Notes under the pieces: generated by a model | What the model was told of the DNA's origin: nothing | What the model saw: only the letters and a program-made list of their open reading frames with translations | Databases searched by the model: none | Translations under genes and position numbers: made by a program | Shown: one piece after another, positions 18,505 through 29,636 of the stretch | Layout of the letters: each line of letters begins with the position of its first letter | How positions within the stretch are numbered: the stretch's first letter is position 1 | Origin: Methylophaga sp. | Lineage (GTDB): Bacteria; Pseudomonadota; Gammaproteobacteria; Nitrosococcales; Methylophagaceae | DNA length: 64,000 bases | NCBI GenBank assembly: GCA_002733105.1 | Contig: NVUI01000008.1 | Coordinates: forward strand, 50,507-114,506 | Direction of reading: 5' to 3'

Positions 18505-19791
18505 ATGAGTGAAATTATGAAACTTGAATCCCTAGCGTTACATCATGGATATGAATCTGAAGCAACAACAAAAGCAGCTGCGGTGCCTATCTACCAAACC
18601 ACCTCATACACATTTGATAACACTCAACATGGTGCCGATTTATTTGATCTTAAAGTACCTGGAAACATATATACGCGGATCATGAATCCAACAACGGATG
18701 TATTGGAGCAACGCTTAGCGGCTATGGAAGGTGGTATTGCTGCTTTAGTCGTAGCATCAGGCATGTCAGCCATTACCTATGCTATCCAATGTATCTGTTC
18801 TGTTGGCGATAATATTGTTAGTACCAGCCAACTCTATGGTGGCACCTATAATCTATTTGCTCATTCGCTACCCAGACAAGGTATTGAAGCCCGCATGGTG
18901 TCTCATGATGATTTTGCTGGTTTTGAAAAAGCAATTGATGAAAATACTCGTGCTATTTTTTGTGAATCAATAGGTAACCCAGCAGGCAATATTGTTGATC
19001 TGAAAAAATTAGCGGCCATTGCTAAAAAGCATGGTGTACCGCTGATGGTTGATAATACTGTTGCTAGCCCATTTTTATGCCGCCCCATTGAATTAGGTGC
19101 TGATATTGTTATCCATTCATTAACTAAATATATTGGTGGTCATGGCACAACCATTGGTGGCGTTATCATTGATTCGGGTCAGTTTGATTGGGTGGCAAAT
19201 AAAGCACGTTTCCCAATGTTAAATGAGCCTGATCCATCCTATCACGGCGTGATTTATACTGAAGCACTTGGCCCAGCAGCTTATATAGGTCGTTGCAGGG
19301 TCGTTCCACTCAGGAACACGGGAGCAGCCATTTCACCTATGAGCTCATTCCAAATATTACAAGGTCTAGAAACATTAGGACTTCGTATGGAAAGACATTG
19401 TGAAAATGCTGAAAAACTAGCCAACTATCTTGTTAACCACGACAAAGTAGAGTGGGTTAATTATGCCGCATTAGCTGACAGCCCTGATTATCAGATGTGT
19501 CAGGAAATTACCGATGGAAAAGCCTCTGGTATCTTAAGTTTTGGTATAAAAGGTGGCGAAAAATCTGGAGCACAATTTATTGATGCCTTACAGATGATTC
19601 TTCGCTTAGTTAATATTGGTGATGCTAAGTCCTTAGCTTGTCACCCTGCATCGACCACTCACCGACAATTAAATGATGAAGAATTAGCTGCGGCAGGTGT
19701 GAGTTCAGATCTTGTTCGGATATCGGTAGGAATAGAACATATTAACGATATTATTGCCGATGTAAGCCAAGCACTTGATAGCGTCAATTAA
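18505..19791 (+). CDS. metY: O-acetylhomoserine aminocarboxypropyltransferase (sulfhydrylase), PLP-dependent
   Basis: PIYQTTSY.F, NIYTRIMNPT and HSLTKYIGGHGT (PLP lysine) blocks. The size is about 428 aa. Confidence 0.88.
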   Translation: MSEIMKLESLALHHGYESEATTKAAAVPIYQTTSYTFDNTQHGADLFDLKVPGNIYTRIMNPTTDVLEQRLAAMEGGIAALVVASGMSAITYAIQCICSVGDNIVSTSQLYGGTYNLFAHSLPRQGIEARMVSHDDFAGFEKAIDENTRAIFCESIGNPAGNIVDLKKLAAIAKKHGVPLMVDNTVASPFLCRPIELGADIVIHSLTKYIGGHGTTIGGVIIDSGQFDWVANKARFPMLNEPDPSYHGVIYTEALGPAAYIGRCRVVPLRNTGAAISPMSSFQILQGLETLGLRMERHCENAEKLANYLVNHDKVEWVNYAALADSPDYQMCQEITDGKASGILSFGIKGGEKSGAQFIDALQMILRLVNIGDAKSLACHPASTTHRQLNDEELAAAGVSSDLVRISVGIEHINDIIADVSQALDSVN

Positions 19792-19821
19792 CTCCTTTCT
19801 GACTATGCTCATCCCAAGTTT

Positions 19822-19855
19822 AGGCAAGTTAAATCAGCTTTGGTTTAACTTGCCT
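19822..19855. terminator. bidirectional hairpin between convergent metY and rhlE
   Basis: 12-bp perfect stem aggcaagttaaa / tttaacttgcct with a 10-nt loop. The 3' arm overlaps the rhlE stop codon. Confidence 0.55.
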
Positions 19856-21170
19856 ATCTATTACCTGAGCGAGGGTTATTACTGACACGCCTTCTATTGC
19901 TATTTCTAGTGCTTTGATTGTGGCTATGGCCTTGAGCATTCTCACCTGATCGCTGACCATCCCGGTGACCTACTTTTTGTTTCTTCGGTTTTTTGGCTCT
20001 AACAGGACGATGATTTAAATGAGATTCTGGAACATCATTCATCGGCTCAAAACCATCAATGATTTTACGGGGTAATAACTGCTTAATAAGTCGTTCAATA
20101 TCACTAAGTTGCTTAAATTCATCTGCAGTCACCAAAGAAACCGCTTGGCCTGTACGACCTGCTCTACCTGTACGACCAATTCGATGAACATAATCTTCGG
20201 GCACATTGGGCAAGTCAAAATTAACTACATAAGGTAGTTGATCGATATCTAGTCCTCTTGCAGCAATATCTGTTGCCACTAAAACTTGTATTTTGCCATC
20301 TTTAAAGTTGGCTAAAGCTCTTGTCCGAGCACCTTGACTCTTATTGCCATGAATGGCTGCCGCTTTAAGCCCTACTTTTTCCAATTGTGTGGTTAATTTA
20401 TTGGCACCATGCTTAGTTCGACTAAAAACAAGTACTTGATCCCATTGCTTGTCGTTAATAAGATGAATAAGTAATGCTGATTTTTGCTTTTTATCTACTG
20501 GATGAATCCATTGTTCTACTGATTCAACAGTGGTATTTCTAGGACTCACTGAAATTTCAATAGGATTATTGACCAAGCCTTTGGCAAGCTTACGTATATC
20601 ATCAGAAAATGTGGCTGAAAACATCAAATTCTGGCGTTGCTTTGGCAATAACGCTAAAATTTTCTTAATATCATTAATAAAGCCCATATCCAGCATACGA
20701 TCGGCTTCATCCAACACCAAGATTTCTAACTGTTTAAATCTCACTGCATTTTGATTATAGAGATCAAGCAACCGACCAGGTGTTGCCACTAAGATATCAA
20801 CGCCTTGACGCAGCTTCTTCATTTGTGGATTTATCTTTACGCCACCAAATACGACGGCTGATCGTAGTGGTAGAAATTTGCCATAATTAACAACACTCTC
20901 ACCAATCTGAGCAGCCAATTCCCGCGTAGGGGTAAGGATCAGGACACGAGCCTGATTGGCTTGAGCACGATTACCCTTTGATAATAGCTGCAATATAGGC
21001 AACGTAAAACCGGCAGTCTTTCCTGTGCCTGTTTGGGCAGCAGCCATGACATCCTTCCCTTCAAGTACAGCAGGAATAGCCTGGCTTTGAATAGGTGATG
21101 GTGTGTCGTATCCCTTCTCTGCAACAGCTTTAACAATAGCTGCAGATAAGCCTAAGGAGGCAAAACTCAT
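19854..21170 (-). CDS. rhlE: DEAD-box ATP-dependent RNA helicase RhlE
   Basis: Q-motif, [21 protein letters not shown] and [10 protein letters not shown] motifs, with a basic C-terminal tail. The N-terminus matches E. coli RhlE. Confidence 0.92.
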   Translation of the reverse strand: MSFASLGLSAAIVKAVAEKGYDTPSPIQSQAIPAVLEGKDVMAAAQTGTGKTAGFTLPILQLLSKGNRAQANQARVLILTPTRELAAQIGESVVNYGKFLPLRSAVVFGGVKINPQMKKLRQGVDILVATPGRLLDLYNQNAVRFKQLEILVLDEADRMLDMGFINDIKKILALLPKQRQNLMFSATFSDDIRKLAKGLVNNPIEISVSPRNTTVESVEQWIHPVDKKQKSALLIHLINDKQWDQVLVFSRTKHGANKLTTQLEKVGLKAAAIHGNKSQGARTRALANFKDGKIQVLVATDIAARGLDIDQLPYVVNFDLPNVPEDYVHRIGRTGRAGRTGQAVSLVTADEFKQLSDIERLIKQLLPRKIIDGFEPMNDVPESHLNHRPVRAKKPKKQKVGHRDGQRSGENAQGHSHNQSTRNSNRRRVSNNPRSGNR

Positions 21171-21264
21171 GAAATTATCTCTCGTTTATTATATGTGAGC
21201 CTGAATCGGCTCATTGAAGGGTGTGTAGCTTACAGTATCTCTATAGCCAACGCTATCAATATCC

Positions 21265-23277
21265 TTATTTCAACATTGCCCTAATATTCGACATATGGGC
21301 TTGTTTTCGTTGTTGTCGCTCTTGTGGATCAACTTCTGTTTTTTCGGTTAGCCAGACAAGATCATCTTCAGGAAGCTCGTCTAAAAATCGACTGTGTTTA
21401 CACTCAATTTTCTCACCATACCGCTTACGTGTTTTTGCCATGGTAAAGACCAAACTTCGCTGTGCTCGAGTGATGCCCACATAAGCCAAACGACGCTCTT
21501 CTTCAATATTATCTTCTTCAATACTGGTGCGGTGAGGGAGTATTTCTTCTTCCATCCCAATCATAAAGACATGAGGAAATTCTAGGCCTTTAGCGGCATG
21601 TAATGTCATCAAATGAACTGCATCGTCCTGATTTTCTTCTGCTTGTCGTTCCATAATATCCATTAATGTTAAACGTGCAGCAATATCACCAATATTATTG
21701 CCTTCAGGATCTTTTGCCATCATTTTCTCTATCCACGTTAACAACTCCTCAACATTCTCCATTCTTCTAGTGGCTTGACTAGGGTCTGCTGTCACTTCTT
21801 CTAACCATCCTTGATAATCAATTTCTTCAATCATATCTCGAATAGCTTCCATCAACTCGCCTCGACTAGCACGATCAGCGATATCCACCAGCCAACAACT
21901 AAAACGCTCAATACGTGCCATCGCTGTAGTTGATAATTGTTCTGCCAAGCCTAGTTCAAAGCATGCGCCAAACAGACTAGTCTCACGTTGTTGTGCATAA
22001 TTGCCTAAAACTTGTAATGTACTGGCACCAATGCCTCGTCGCGGTGTATTAATCACCCGTAAAAAAGCATTATCATCATCCTGATTGGCCAATAAACGTA
22101 AGTAACCCATAATATCTTTCACTTCTACCCGTGAAAAAAACGATGTTCCTCCGGTCAAAAAATAAGGCACATTGTGTTCACGTAGGATTTTTTCAATAGG
22201 TCTAGATTGATGATTGCTGCGGTATAAAATTGCATAATCTTTATAGTCTGTTTGGTGCTTCAGTTTATGATAGAGCAGCTCCGACACCACTTTTTCAGAT
22301 TCATGAAAGTCATCTCGACAACCTATGACTCTAATAGGGTCACCCTCTCCCATTGCACTCCATAATTTTTTATCAAAGATATGTGGGTTATGACTAATCA
22401 GCTGATTTGCAACCCTTAAAATTCGTCCCATAGAACGATAATTTTGTTCTAACTTAATGATTTTTAATCGTGGAAAATCCTGCTGTAACTGCTGTAAATT
22501 TTCAGGCTTAGCACCTCGCCACGAATAGACTGATTGATCATCATCACCCACCACCGTTAAAGCTTCACGAATACCAACAAGTTGTTTAACCAACTCATAC
22601 TGACAGCCATTAGTATCTTGATATTCATCTACTAATAAATAATGAATGCGGGCTTGCCATTTTTTAAGTACATCTGGGTACAGTCTAAATAACTGTACAG
22701 GCTTCAAAATTAAATCATCAAAATCAACCCCGTTATACGCCTGCAACGCTTCAACATACTGCTGATACACTTTTGCTGCCGCTAATTGCTGGCCATCTTC
22801 AGCTATTTGCATCGCCTGCTCAGGAAAAACAAGTTGATTTTTCCACTCAGATATTTGCCACTGACATTGTTCTGCATGTTCACTATCGGCAGCAAAATCA
22901 CGCCCCATCAAGTCTCGCAGTACACTCAAACTGTCATATGCATCAAAGATAGAGAATCCACTACGATAACCAAGAGATTTATACTCTTTCCTTAGAATAT
23001 TAAGCCCGAGATTATGAAAAGTTGACACCATCAAGCCACGAGCAGAAGCATCACGAGATGCCATTAACTCTGCAACACGGTTTTTCATTTCCCGAGCCGC
23101 TTTATTGGTAAATGTGAGTGCAGCAATATTACGTGCAGGAATACCACACTGTTCAATTAGATAAGCAATTTTACGAGTAATCACCCTCGTCTTGCCACTA
23201 CCTGCGCCAGCTAAAACTAACAATGGTCCATCAATATGACGTGCAGCCTCTCGCTGTTGCGGGTTTAAATCACGCAC
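21265..23277 (-). CDS. rep: ATP-dependent DNA helicase Rep
   Basis: UvrD/Rep motifs (AGAGSGKTRVIT.KIAYLI, TFTNKAAREM, VDEYQDTN, TLHAAKGLEF, YVGITRA). The 670-aa size and N-terminus match Rep. Confidence 0.92.
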   Translation of the reverse strand: MRDLNPQQREAARHIDGPLLVLAGAGSGKTRVITRKIAYLIEQCGIPARNIAALTFTNKAAREMKNRVAELMASRDASARGLMVSTFHNLGLNILRKEYKSLGYRSGFSIFDAYDSLSVLRDLMGRDFAADSEHAEQCQWQISEWKNQLVFPEQAMQIAEDGQQLAAAKVYQQYVEALQAYNGVDFDDLILKPVQLFRLYPDVLKKWQARIHYLLVDEYQDTNGCQYELVKQLVGIREALTVVGDDDQSVYSWRGAKPENLQQLQQDFPRLKIIKLEQNYRSMGRILRVANQLISHNPHIFDKKLWSAMGEGDPIRVIGCRDDFHESEKVVSELLYHKLKHQTDYKDYAILYRSNHQSRPIEKILREHNVPYFLTGGTSFFSRVEVKDIMGYLRLLANQDDDNAFLRVINTPRRGIGASTLQVLGNYAQQRETSLFGACFELGLAEQLSTTAMARIERFSCWLVDIADRASRGELMEAIRDMIEEIDYQGWLEEVTADPSQATRRMENVEELLTWIEKMMAKDPEGNNIGDIAARLTLMDIMERQAEENQDDAVHLMTLHAAKGLEFPHVFMIGMEEEILPHRTSIEEDNIEEERRLAYVGITRAQRSLVFTMAKTRKRYGEKIECKHSRFLDELPEDDLVWLTEKTEVDPQERQQRKQAHMSNIRAMLK

Positions 23278-24775
23278 GCACTATATCCAACCGACGGTAT
23301 GAAATTGCTTCACTCAAATGAGCTGTTTGAATTTGCTCTGAATCTGCCAAATCTGCAATGGTGCGAGCCACCTTCAAAATACGATGATAAGCTCGTGCAG
23401 ATAACCCCAAACGACTAATCGCCTGTTCTAACAATTGATAATCACTATCACTCAACTGACAAAAAACCTCTAATTCTTTATGTTCTAATAAATTATTCGC
23501 TTTACCCGCACGCACTAACTGCTTTTTTCTAGCAGTAACAACACGCTCGCGAACAATGGCACTACTTTCTTCTCTGTCACCTATCTGTGCGGGTCGTAAC
23601 ATTGATTTTGCTACGGGCGGCACTTCAATCAACATATCAATTCGGTCCATCAAGGGGCCTGATACTTTGGCACGATAACGTCGCACCTGCTCTTCAGTAC
23701 AATGGCACCTTGCATCACCAAGATAACCACAAGGACAAGGATTCATTGCTGCGACTAATTGAAATCGGGCTGGAAATTCAGACTGATGTGCTGCACGCGA
23801 GATAGTGATCTTGCCAGATTCTATCGGTTCACGCAGCACTTCTAATACTCGACGATCAAATTCTGGCAATTCATCCAGAAATAATACCCCATTATGAGCC
23901 AGTGAAATCTCACCAGGTTTAGGCTGTCCGCCACCACCCACCATAGCAACTGCTGATGCTGTGTGATGAGGAGATCTAAATGGACGTTGCCGCCATTGTT
24001 GAATATTAAAATTTTGTGCGGTAATAGAGTGCACTGTTGCGGTTTCAATGGCTTCTTGTTCTGTCATTTCTGCTAACAATCCGGGCAAACGACTCGCTAA
24101 CATTGTTTTTCCTGTTCCTGGCGGCCCAGTCAAAAGTAAACTATGGGATCCAGCTGCAGCAACTTCAATTGCTCGCCGAGCATTAGCCTGCCCCCTCACA
24201 TCTGCTAGGTCAGGATATTCAACCATCGCCGGTTTTGTTGAAGGTTCTGCCAAGGCTAACATTTGCTGCCCATGCAAATGTGCACACACAGCTAATAAAT
24301 GTTCAGCACCATAACTTTCACTCTCATCAACCAAAGCGGCCTCATCAGCATTAACGGCAGGTAATATAAGTTTCCGTCCTTGTTTAGTGGCAGCTAATGT
24401 CGTAGGTAATACCCCTCGCACCCCACGTAACTCCCCCGTTAAGCCCAATTCACCAATAAATTCTTTATCCGTTAAAGAATGAATAGGGATCTGTCCTGAT
24501 GCCGCCAAAATACCTAAAGCAATAGGCAAATCAAATCGTCCACCTTCTTTAGGTAAATCAGCCGGTGCTAAGTTAATGGTAATTCTTTGCTGAGGGAAAC
24601 TGAACTGCGAGTTGATCAAGGCTGAACGAACACGATCTTTGCTCTCTTTAACCGCTGTTTCAGCCATCCCAACAATGGATAAACTGGGCAGACCATTGGA
24701 CAAATGCACTTCAACTGTGACAACTTGTGCATCAATGCCTGTAATGGCACGACTATAAACGGTAGCAATACTCAT
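23270..24775 (-). CDS. yifB: YifB/ComM-family Mg-chelatase-like AAA+ ATPase
   Basis: N-terminal Lon-like domain (VEVH...GLP...IVG), GPPGTGKTM, GVLFLDELPEF, and a C-terminal ..ARAYHRILKVARTIADL block. Confidence 0.92.
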   Translation of the reverse strand: MSIATVYSRAITGIDAQVVTVEVHLSNGLPSLSIVGMAETAVKESKDRVRSALINSQFSFPQQRITINLAPADLPKEGGRFDLPIALGILAASGQIPIHSLTDKEFIGELGLTGELRGVRGVLPTTLAATKQGRKLILPAVNADEAALVDESESYGAEHLLAVCAHLHGQQMLALAEPSTKPAMVEYPDLADVRGQANARRAIEVAAAGSHSLLLTGPPGTGKTMLASRLPGLLAEMTEQEAIETATVHSITAQNFNIQQWRQRPFRSPHHTASAVAMVGGGGQPKPGEISLAHNGVLFLDELPEFDRRVLEVLREPIESGKITISRAAHQSEFPARFQLVAAMNPCPCGYLGDARCHCTEEQVRRYRAKVSGPLMDRIDMLIEVPPVAKSMLRPAQIGDREESSAIVRERVVTARKKQLVRAGKANNLLEHKELEVFCQLSDSDYQLLEQAISRLGLSARAYHRILKVARTIADLADSEQIQTAHLSEAISYRRLDIVRA

Positions 24776-24805
24776 GTTTCACCATCCTTGGTAGTTTAAA
24801 TTTTT

Positions 24806-25120
24806 CTAATCTAGATATGAACAGCAATAATCGGCTAACGCTGTGACTTTTAAGTCAAATGATGAATTTGCAGGCACGTTAAATGACTCTCCACCATTCA
24901 CCGCCAACCATTCATCTTCACCATCAAGTCGATAGGTTAACTGACCGGCTAATATTTCCATCAATTCAGCTTTAGCAGTACCGAAGGTATATTCTCCAGG
25001 CATCATAATGCCTAATGTTTTGCTTGTACCATCAGTAAACGTCACTGTTCGGCTGGTCACATTGCCATCGAAATATACGTTGGCTTCACGCGTTATCGTG
25101 ACATTATTAAATTCAGACAT
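24806..25120 (-). CDS. ppnP: pyrimidine/purine nucleoside phosphorylase PpnP (DUF1255)
   Basis: 104-aa cupin with ANVYFDG.V.SR and GEY.F.T...E.M blocks, like E. coli YaiE/PpnP. Confidence 0.88.
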   Translation of the reverse strand: MSEFNNVTITREANVYFDGNVTSRTVTFTDGTSKTLGIMMPGEYTFGTAKAELMEILAGQLTYRLDGEDEWLAVNGGESFNVPANSSFDLKVTALADYCCSYLD

Positions 25121-25129
25121 TTTATTCTC

Positions 25130-25375
25130 TTATTTTCCAGCTTCGAATTCAGCGACTCGTTTTTCTAATGCTGCTAGCTTTTCACGAGTACGATGTAAAA
25201 CTTGGGTTTGCACATCAAACTCTTCACTTGTCACCAGATCCAACTTGGCAAATGTTGCACTCATTACTGCACGTATATTTTTCTCAACATCGGCCTGCAT
25301 CGCAGTTAAACCTGGTGGTAAGGCATCGGTTATCGAATTAATTACTTCTTCAATTTTTTTTGCATCTAACATCAC
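25130..25375 (-). CDS. ubiK: ubiquinone biosynthesis accessory factor UbiK (YqiC/BMFP family)
   Basis: The LDLVTSEEFDVQTQVL.RTREKLA.LE block is nearly identical to E. coli YqiC. Confidence 0.88.
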   Translation of the reverse strand: MMLDAKKIEEVINSITDALPPGLTAMQADVEKNIRAVMSATFAKLDLVTSEEFDVQTQVLHRTREKLAALEKRVAEFEAGK

Positions 25376-25463
25376 TTTCCTCCACTACACAATACTGTTT
25401 ATTTTACGGCAATACTATTTAGACTCAAGCGTTAAAAACAGACTTTAATATTTTCACCCCACA

Positions 25464-28247
25464 TTAGGCTAATTGTTGCGCTTGTTCTGGTTTTGGTGGC
25501 AAAGGTGACAAATAACCGATCACCAACATTAGCCCACCCACCACTAAGAAGGTGATAATACGCGAAATTGAGCCACTATCAGCAAGGTCAATTAAAAACA
25601 ATTTAGCCACCACTAGGGCTAATAGTCCTGCGCCTATAAACCACAGTAGTCGATATGATTTTTTAGATCCAATACTCATTAATATTACCGCAATCAAACT
25701 CCACACTATCGATGTTGTTGATTGGTATACCGTTGAATGCATCAGGGAATAACGGCTATACGACACATCAGCAAAGAAATGAACTGAACGAGCAATAACG
25801 GTATTTAACCAAATGAAACTCATCACGCCTGCCACGCCATAAATGACCGTTGCTGGCATAACAACAATTTGTGTTTCTTCTGATTTGTTAATAAACCACA
25901 TCCAGCCAACAATCACAGAGAATGCAATGGCCTGTGCAATATCCAGTGGGTTAATAACAGGAATATAACTTAATGGCGAAGGTAAACCTGCACTATGAAT
26001 AGCCACTACCTGCCAACCTATTAGAAATAACATGATCGGCAATAAGCCCCAACAATAATATGCTCGTTTAAACTGATTCACTGGCCACATTATTTTTTCA
26101 CCACGACGCATTAGACTTTCAGCTAATGTCACCAATACAAATCCTACGGCACTCATTGTCCAAACACTGGCAAGATTTGTTATACCATCTAGCCAATCAG
26201 TTACCGCCCACGTCATAATGAAGGCAATCATTACTACACCACTTGCATGCCAAATGTTTAATACAGTCTCAGACCATAGCTGCTCTTTTCTACGTAATAC
26301 CAAAAAATGGGTAAATAAAGCCACTGGCCATGCAAGGTAACCCAAACTTTCAAAAGGCCCCATAGCTGAATTGTTAAATAGATAACCGGCAAAATCACCA
26401 AGTAATAACAACACCATCATCGGGGTAAACAAAATGAATGATAATGAAATTTTTGACCATGAAAGCTGGTAACTTAGTGTGGCTTGCACAAAGGTTGTTA
26501 GTGCAAAAAACAATATCATTGCTGGTAGCTCATAGTGGTTGGAAACATAACGTTCTATTTCTATAACACCTGCCATAAACCACCAAATCAAGCCCCAAAC
26601 AACCATTATCACGTTGAGTTGCCCCTCAAACTGATAGGTTTGTTGCTGATTTTTTTGGTATAAATAAGCAATCAAAAAAGCAGCTAAACTCACCAAAACC
26701 ATCCCCATAAAAGCACTATTAAGCAAGGCGATGCTATTAGGTAAATAATCCTGTGTTGATTCAATAAATATTAGGCCAGCACCTACTGAAAGTAATAAAC
26801 CAAAAACACGGGGTACTAAGTGTGACTGCCGTAGACCAATCCAAACTAATGCTGCACCTTCTAGTGACCACACAGCGGCAGTCCATCGGCCATCAAAATA
26901 TAAAGGAATGGCTAAACTGGCAAAGGTGACAGCTAGTGCAAGAAAAGACTGTGCCAATAACCTCATTCCATTTTTGTCAGCTTGCCACAATTGTCTGGCC
27001 AACCATAAATAAATGATCGCCATCACCACAGCCGTGATCGCCTGTCCATATTCAAACTGTTCAACTAAACGGCTTTGCAAAGCAAAAACAATCAGTGGCA
27101 AACCAAACACTAAAGTGCCATCAATATAGCCTTTCAGCTTGGGTGCTTGTCTAGAAGAAAACAGTATGGAGATCATTAAATAAAAGGCATAAAACAAAAT
27201 TAGAAATGATTCTGTTGAAACAAAATTTTCAGCTTGATACGCCTGATATCCCCATGCGGCACTAATTGCAAAAGTAAAAACAAAACCAACTAAATTCAAC
27301 ACTCGCCAAGATTTAAACCATGCAATGCCCAAAATACCTACATTCAGCAGCGTATAATAAGAAAACAGTGAAATATGACTACCCCCCCCTGTCGACATTA
27401 ATATTGGTGCTAAAAAACCGCCAACCGCACCAAATAAAGCTAAAGACTTAGCATTTTGCTGCACGGCCAAAACACCGGATAACACGACCAGCAAGAACAT
27501 CATCACAAAGGTAAAATTAGCAGGTAAAACTTGATAAAATTTACTGGCTGCAAATACTGTTAAATATAATAAGCCAATACCCACACCTTGTAATATCAAC
27601 CCATATTCCAACTTCTGTTCACGCAATCGCCAACCAACCATCAGCATGCCAATACCTGCAGCAATCACCCCTGCTAACCGTAGTTCTATTGGGAATAAAC
27701 TTCTCTCCGCAGCATATTTCAACAAAAAGGCAACACCAAAAAACAAAACAATCGCTCCAATTTTAACCACGACATTACCTGTGGTAAAAAAATCTCGTAT
27801 TTTTGAATACACTTTATCGGCAAGATCGTGACCTTTATCTGCAGCAGTTTGCTCATGCTCAGTTTGTTCAAACACAGCCCAGTCGGATTCTACTGCTGCA
27901 GGTTTCGGCTTATCATCAAACTTATTTATATGGGCAAACACATCATTTACTTCAGGTCGTATTAACGTTTTAGCCATATCCGATAAGTGACTTGAAAATA
28001 CTGTTGAATCAGCGTGGGGCTGACCCTCAGGATTCTGCTGTGAGTGAATTTCAGCATCACTGATTTCTGAATGGCTGGCAACGCCTGTAACCTTCTCAAG
28101 TTCCTGTTCTAATTTAGATATTCGACCCTTCATACTGGATATCATGCCAAAAGCTAAGCCAATAAAAAGCCCTAAAACAAGCCCCTCTTCCTCAGCAACA
28201 GCCGCACCGATAAACAGTCCAAGTAAAGTTAAAATAATGGTGATCAT
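25464..28247 (-). CDS. DUF2339-family large polytopic membrane protein
   Basis: 927 aa. A Gly-zipper TM and a coiled-coil/acidic N-terminal region are followed by more than 20 hydrophobic segments. The family call is from overall architecture only. Confidence 0.6.
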   Translation of the reverse strand: MITIILTLLGLFIGAAVAEEEGLVLGLFIGLAFGMISSMKGRISKLEQELEKVTGVASHSEISDAEIHSQQNPEGQPHADSTVFSSHLSDMAKTLIRPEVNDVFAHINKFDDKPKPAAVESDWAVFEQTEHEQTAADKGHDLADKVYSKIRDFFTTGNVVVKIGAIVLFFGVAFLLKYAAERSLFPIELRLAGVIAAGIGMLMVGWRLREQKLEYGLILQGVGIGLLYLTVFAASKFYQVLPANFTFVMMFLLVVLSGVLAVQQNAKSLALFGAVGGFLAPILMSTGGGSHISLFSYYTLLNVGILGIAWFKSWRVLNLVGFVFTFAISAAWGYQAYQAENFVSTESFLILFYAFYLMISILFSSRQAPKLKGYIDGTLVFGLPLIVFALQSRLVEQFEYGQAITAVVMAIIYLWLARQLWQADKNGMRLLAQSFLALAVTFASLAIPLYFDGRWTAAVWSLEGAALVWIGLRQSHLVPRVFGLLLSVGAGLIFIESTQDYLPNSIALLNSAFMGMVLVSLAAFLIAYLYQKNQQQTYQFEGQLNVIMVVWGLIWWFMAGVIEIERYVSNHYELPAMILFFALTTFVQATLSYQLSWSKISLSFILFTPMMVLLLLGDFAGYLFNNSAMGPFESLGYLAWPVALFTHFLVLRRKEQLWSETVLNIWHASGVVMIAFIMTWAVTDWLDGITNLASVWTMSAVGFVLVTLAESLMRRGEKIMWPVNQFKRAYYCWGLLPIMLFLIGWQVVAIHSAGLPSPLSYIPVINPLDIAQAIAFSVIVGWMWFINKSEETQIVVMPATVIYGVAGVMSFIWLNTVIARSVHFFADVSYSRYSLMHSTVYQSTTSIVWSLIAVILMSIGSKKSYRLLWFIGAGLLALVVAKLFLIDLADSGSISRIITFLVVGGLMLVIGYLSPLPPKPEQAQQLA

Positions 28248-28452
28248 TCATGTCGTCCCTATGGCGGATCTGTTAGTACTTTGCAGCAGCATAATATCAG
28301 TCACGACCCAATGTTGTAGTGATGTTGCCCACAAAAAAACCAATTAGAAATATTGAATTTTTATCTCTCCATCACTTTCCATAAAAGTGACAGTAAAATA
28401 AAGAATATGTAATAATCAATGATTCACTTTCAGTGTTAATACGGAATGAAAA

Positions 28453-29316
28453 ATGAGATGGCGTAACCGAAGAGTCAGTAGCAATATTGAAGATAAGCGT
28501 TCTCAATCAGTGAGACGACGTGGTGGCAAAAAAGGCGGTATCGGTATCATCGCCATTGCTCTAGTGGCTATGTACTTTGGTGTTGACCCACAAATCGTCA
28601 TGAGTCTAATGGGGGGTGGTTCTACTCAAACAACCACACAAACAGATCCCAATTATCGACCCAGCCCAGAACAGCAAAGATTGGCCCAATTTACTGGTGT
28701 TGTATTAGCAGATACAGAAGATACTTGGCACCCCATATTCCAGCAAATGGGCAAGCGTTACCAAGAACCTAAACTAGTCTTGTTTACCGATACAGTGCGT
28801 TCTGCTTGTGGTCATGCACAAGCAGCCATGGGCCCATTTTATTGCCCCGGAGATAACAAGGTTTATATTGATCTCGGTTTTTACCAGCAATTAAAAAACC
28901 GTCACGATGCACCCGGTGATTTTGCCCAAGCTTATGTCATTGCACATGAAGTTGGTCATCACGTTCAAAATCTACTCGGTACTTCTGGACAAGTTCATCG
29001 TGCCAAACAAAGTGTCAGTGAAACAAAAGGCAATGCCTTATCTGTGATGTTAGAACTGCAAGCCGATTGTTATGCAGGGCTTTGGGCTCACCACACTGAA
29101 AAAGCCAAACAAATATTAGAACAAGGTGATATTGAAGAGGCCCTCACTGCCGCCAGTGCTATTGGTGATGATCGATTACAAAAACAAGCAAGAGGTTATG
29201 CCTCACCAGAATCATTTACTCACGGCACCTCACAACAACGTGTACGTTGGTTTAAAATTGGCTTCAATACCGGTTCAGTACAAAGCTGTAATACATTTGA
29301 AGCGACAAGGTTATAG
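28453..29316 (+). CDS. ypfJ: neutral zinc metallopeptidase YpfJ
   Basis: Colinear with E. coli YpfJ as remembered: MRW..RR.S.N.ED.R, GPFYCP.D..VYIDL.FY, GDFAQ.YVIAHEVGHHVQ, ELQADC.AG.W and SFTHGTSQQR..WF. The size, 287 aa, is the same. Confidence 0.92.
   Translation: MRWRNRRVSSNIEDKRSQSVRRRGGKKGGIGIIAIALVAMYFGVDPQIVMSLMGGGSTQTTTQTDPNYRPSPEQQRLAQFTGVVLADTEDTWHPIFQQMGKRYQEPKLVLFTDTVRSACGHAQAAMGPFYCPGDNKVYIDLGFYQQLKNRHDAPGDFAQAYVIAHEVGHHVQNLLGTSGQVHRAKQSVSETKGNALSVMLELQADCYAGLWAHHTEKAKQILEQGDIEEALTAASAIGDDRLQKQARGYASPESFTHGTSQQRVRWFKIGFNTGSVQSCNTFEATRL
29185..29316 (+). repeat. left copy of a 132-bp direct repeat (functional 3' end of ypfJ)
   Basis: Aligns without gaps to 41052..41183, with about 119/132 identical by hand alignment. 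Confidence 0.85.
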
Positions 29317-29636
29317 GTATTCCTGTTTAAGTCTGGGCAAAATAAAATAACCACTAAGGTAAATTCACAAGCAGTGGCAAACTTTCCACAAAGTAATATC
29401 TGCTCACGCAGGAGTAAAGAGCCCTGATATACCCGGTTACCAATAAAAATACAGCGCTTACTTGCGTCATCTCAGCATCTTCAATGATAGTGCGATTATG
29501 TACAGAGAGCCCGAACTACTACTTAAGTTTCTTAAAGACTGGTGGGCCTCTCACTGCCATAAACACCGTAGAGAATACGCTTGATATTTAAAAGGCTAAA
29601 TTATTAAAGGCCTATCTGCCTGAATATAAGCTGATA

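Noticed and set aside
29317-29636. Possible integrase/transposase remnant or att site at the left island boundary
   Set aside because: Only a 57-codon minus-strand frame without a start (..VHNRTIIEDAEMTQVSAVFLLVTGYIRALYSC..) is present. I cannot match it to any recombinase motif, so it is mentioned only as a place to run blastx.
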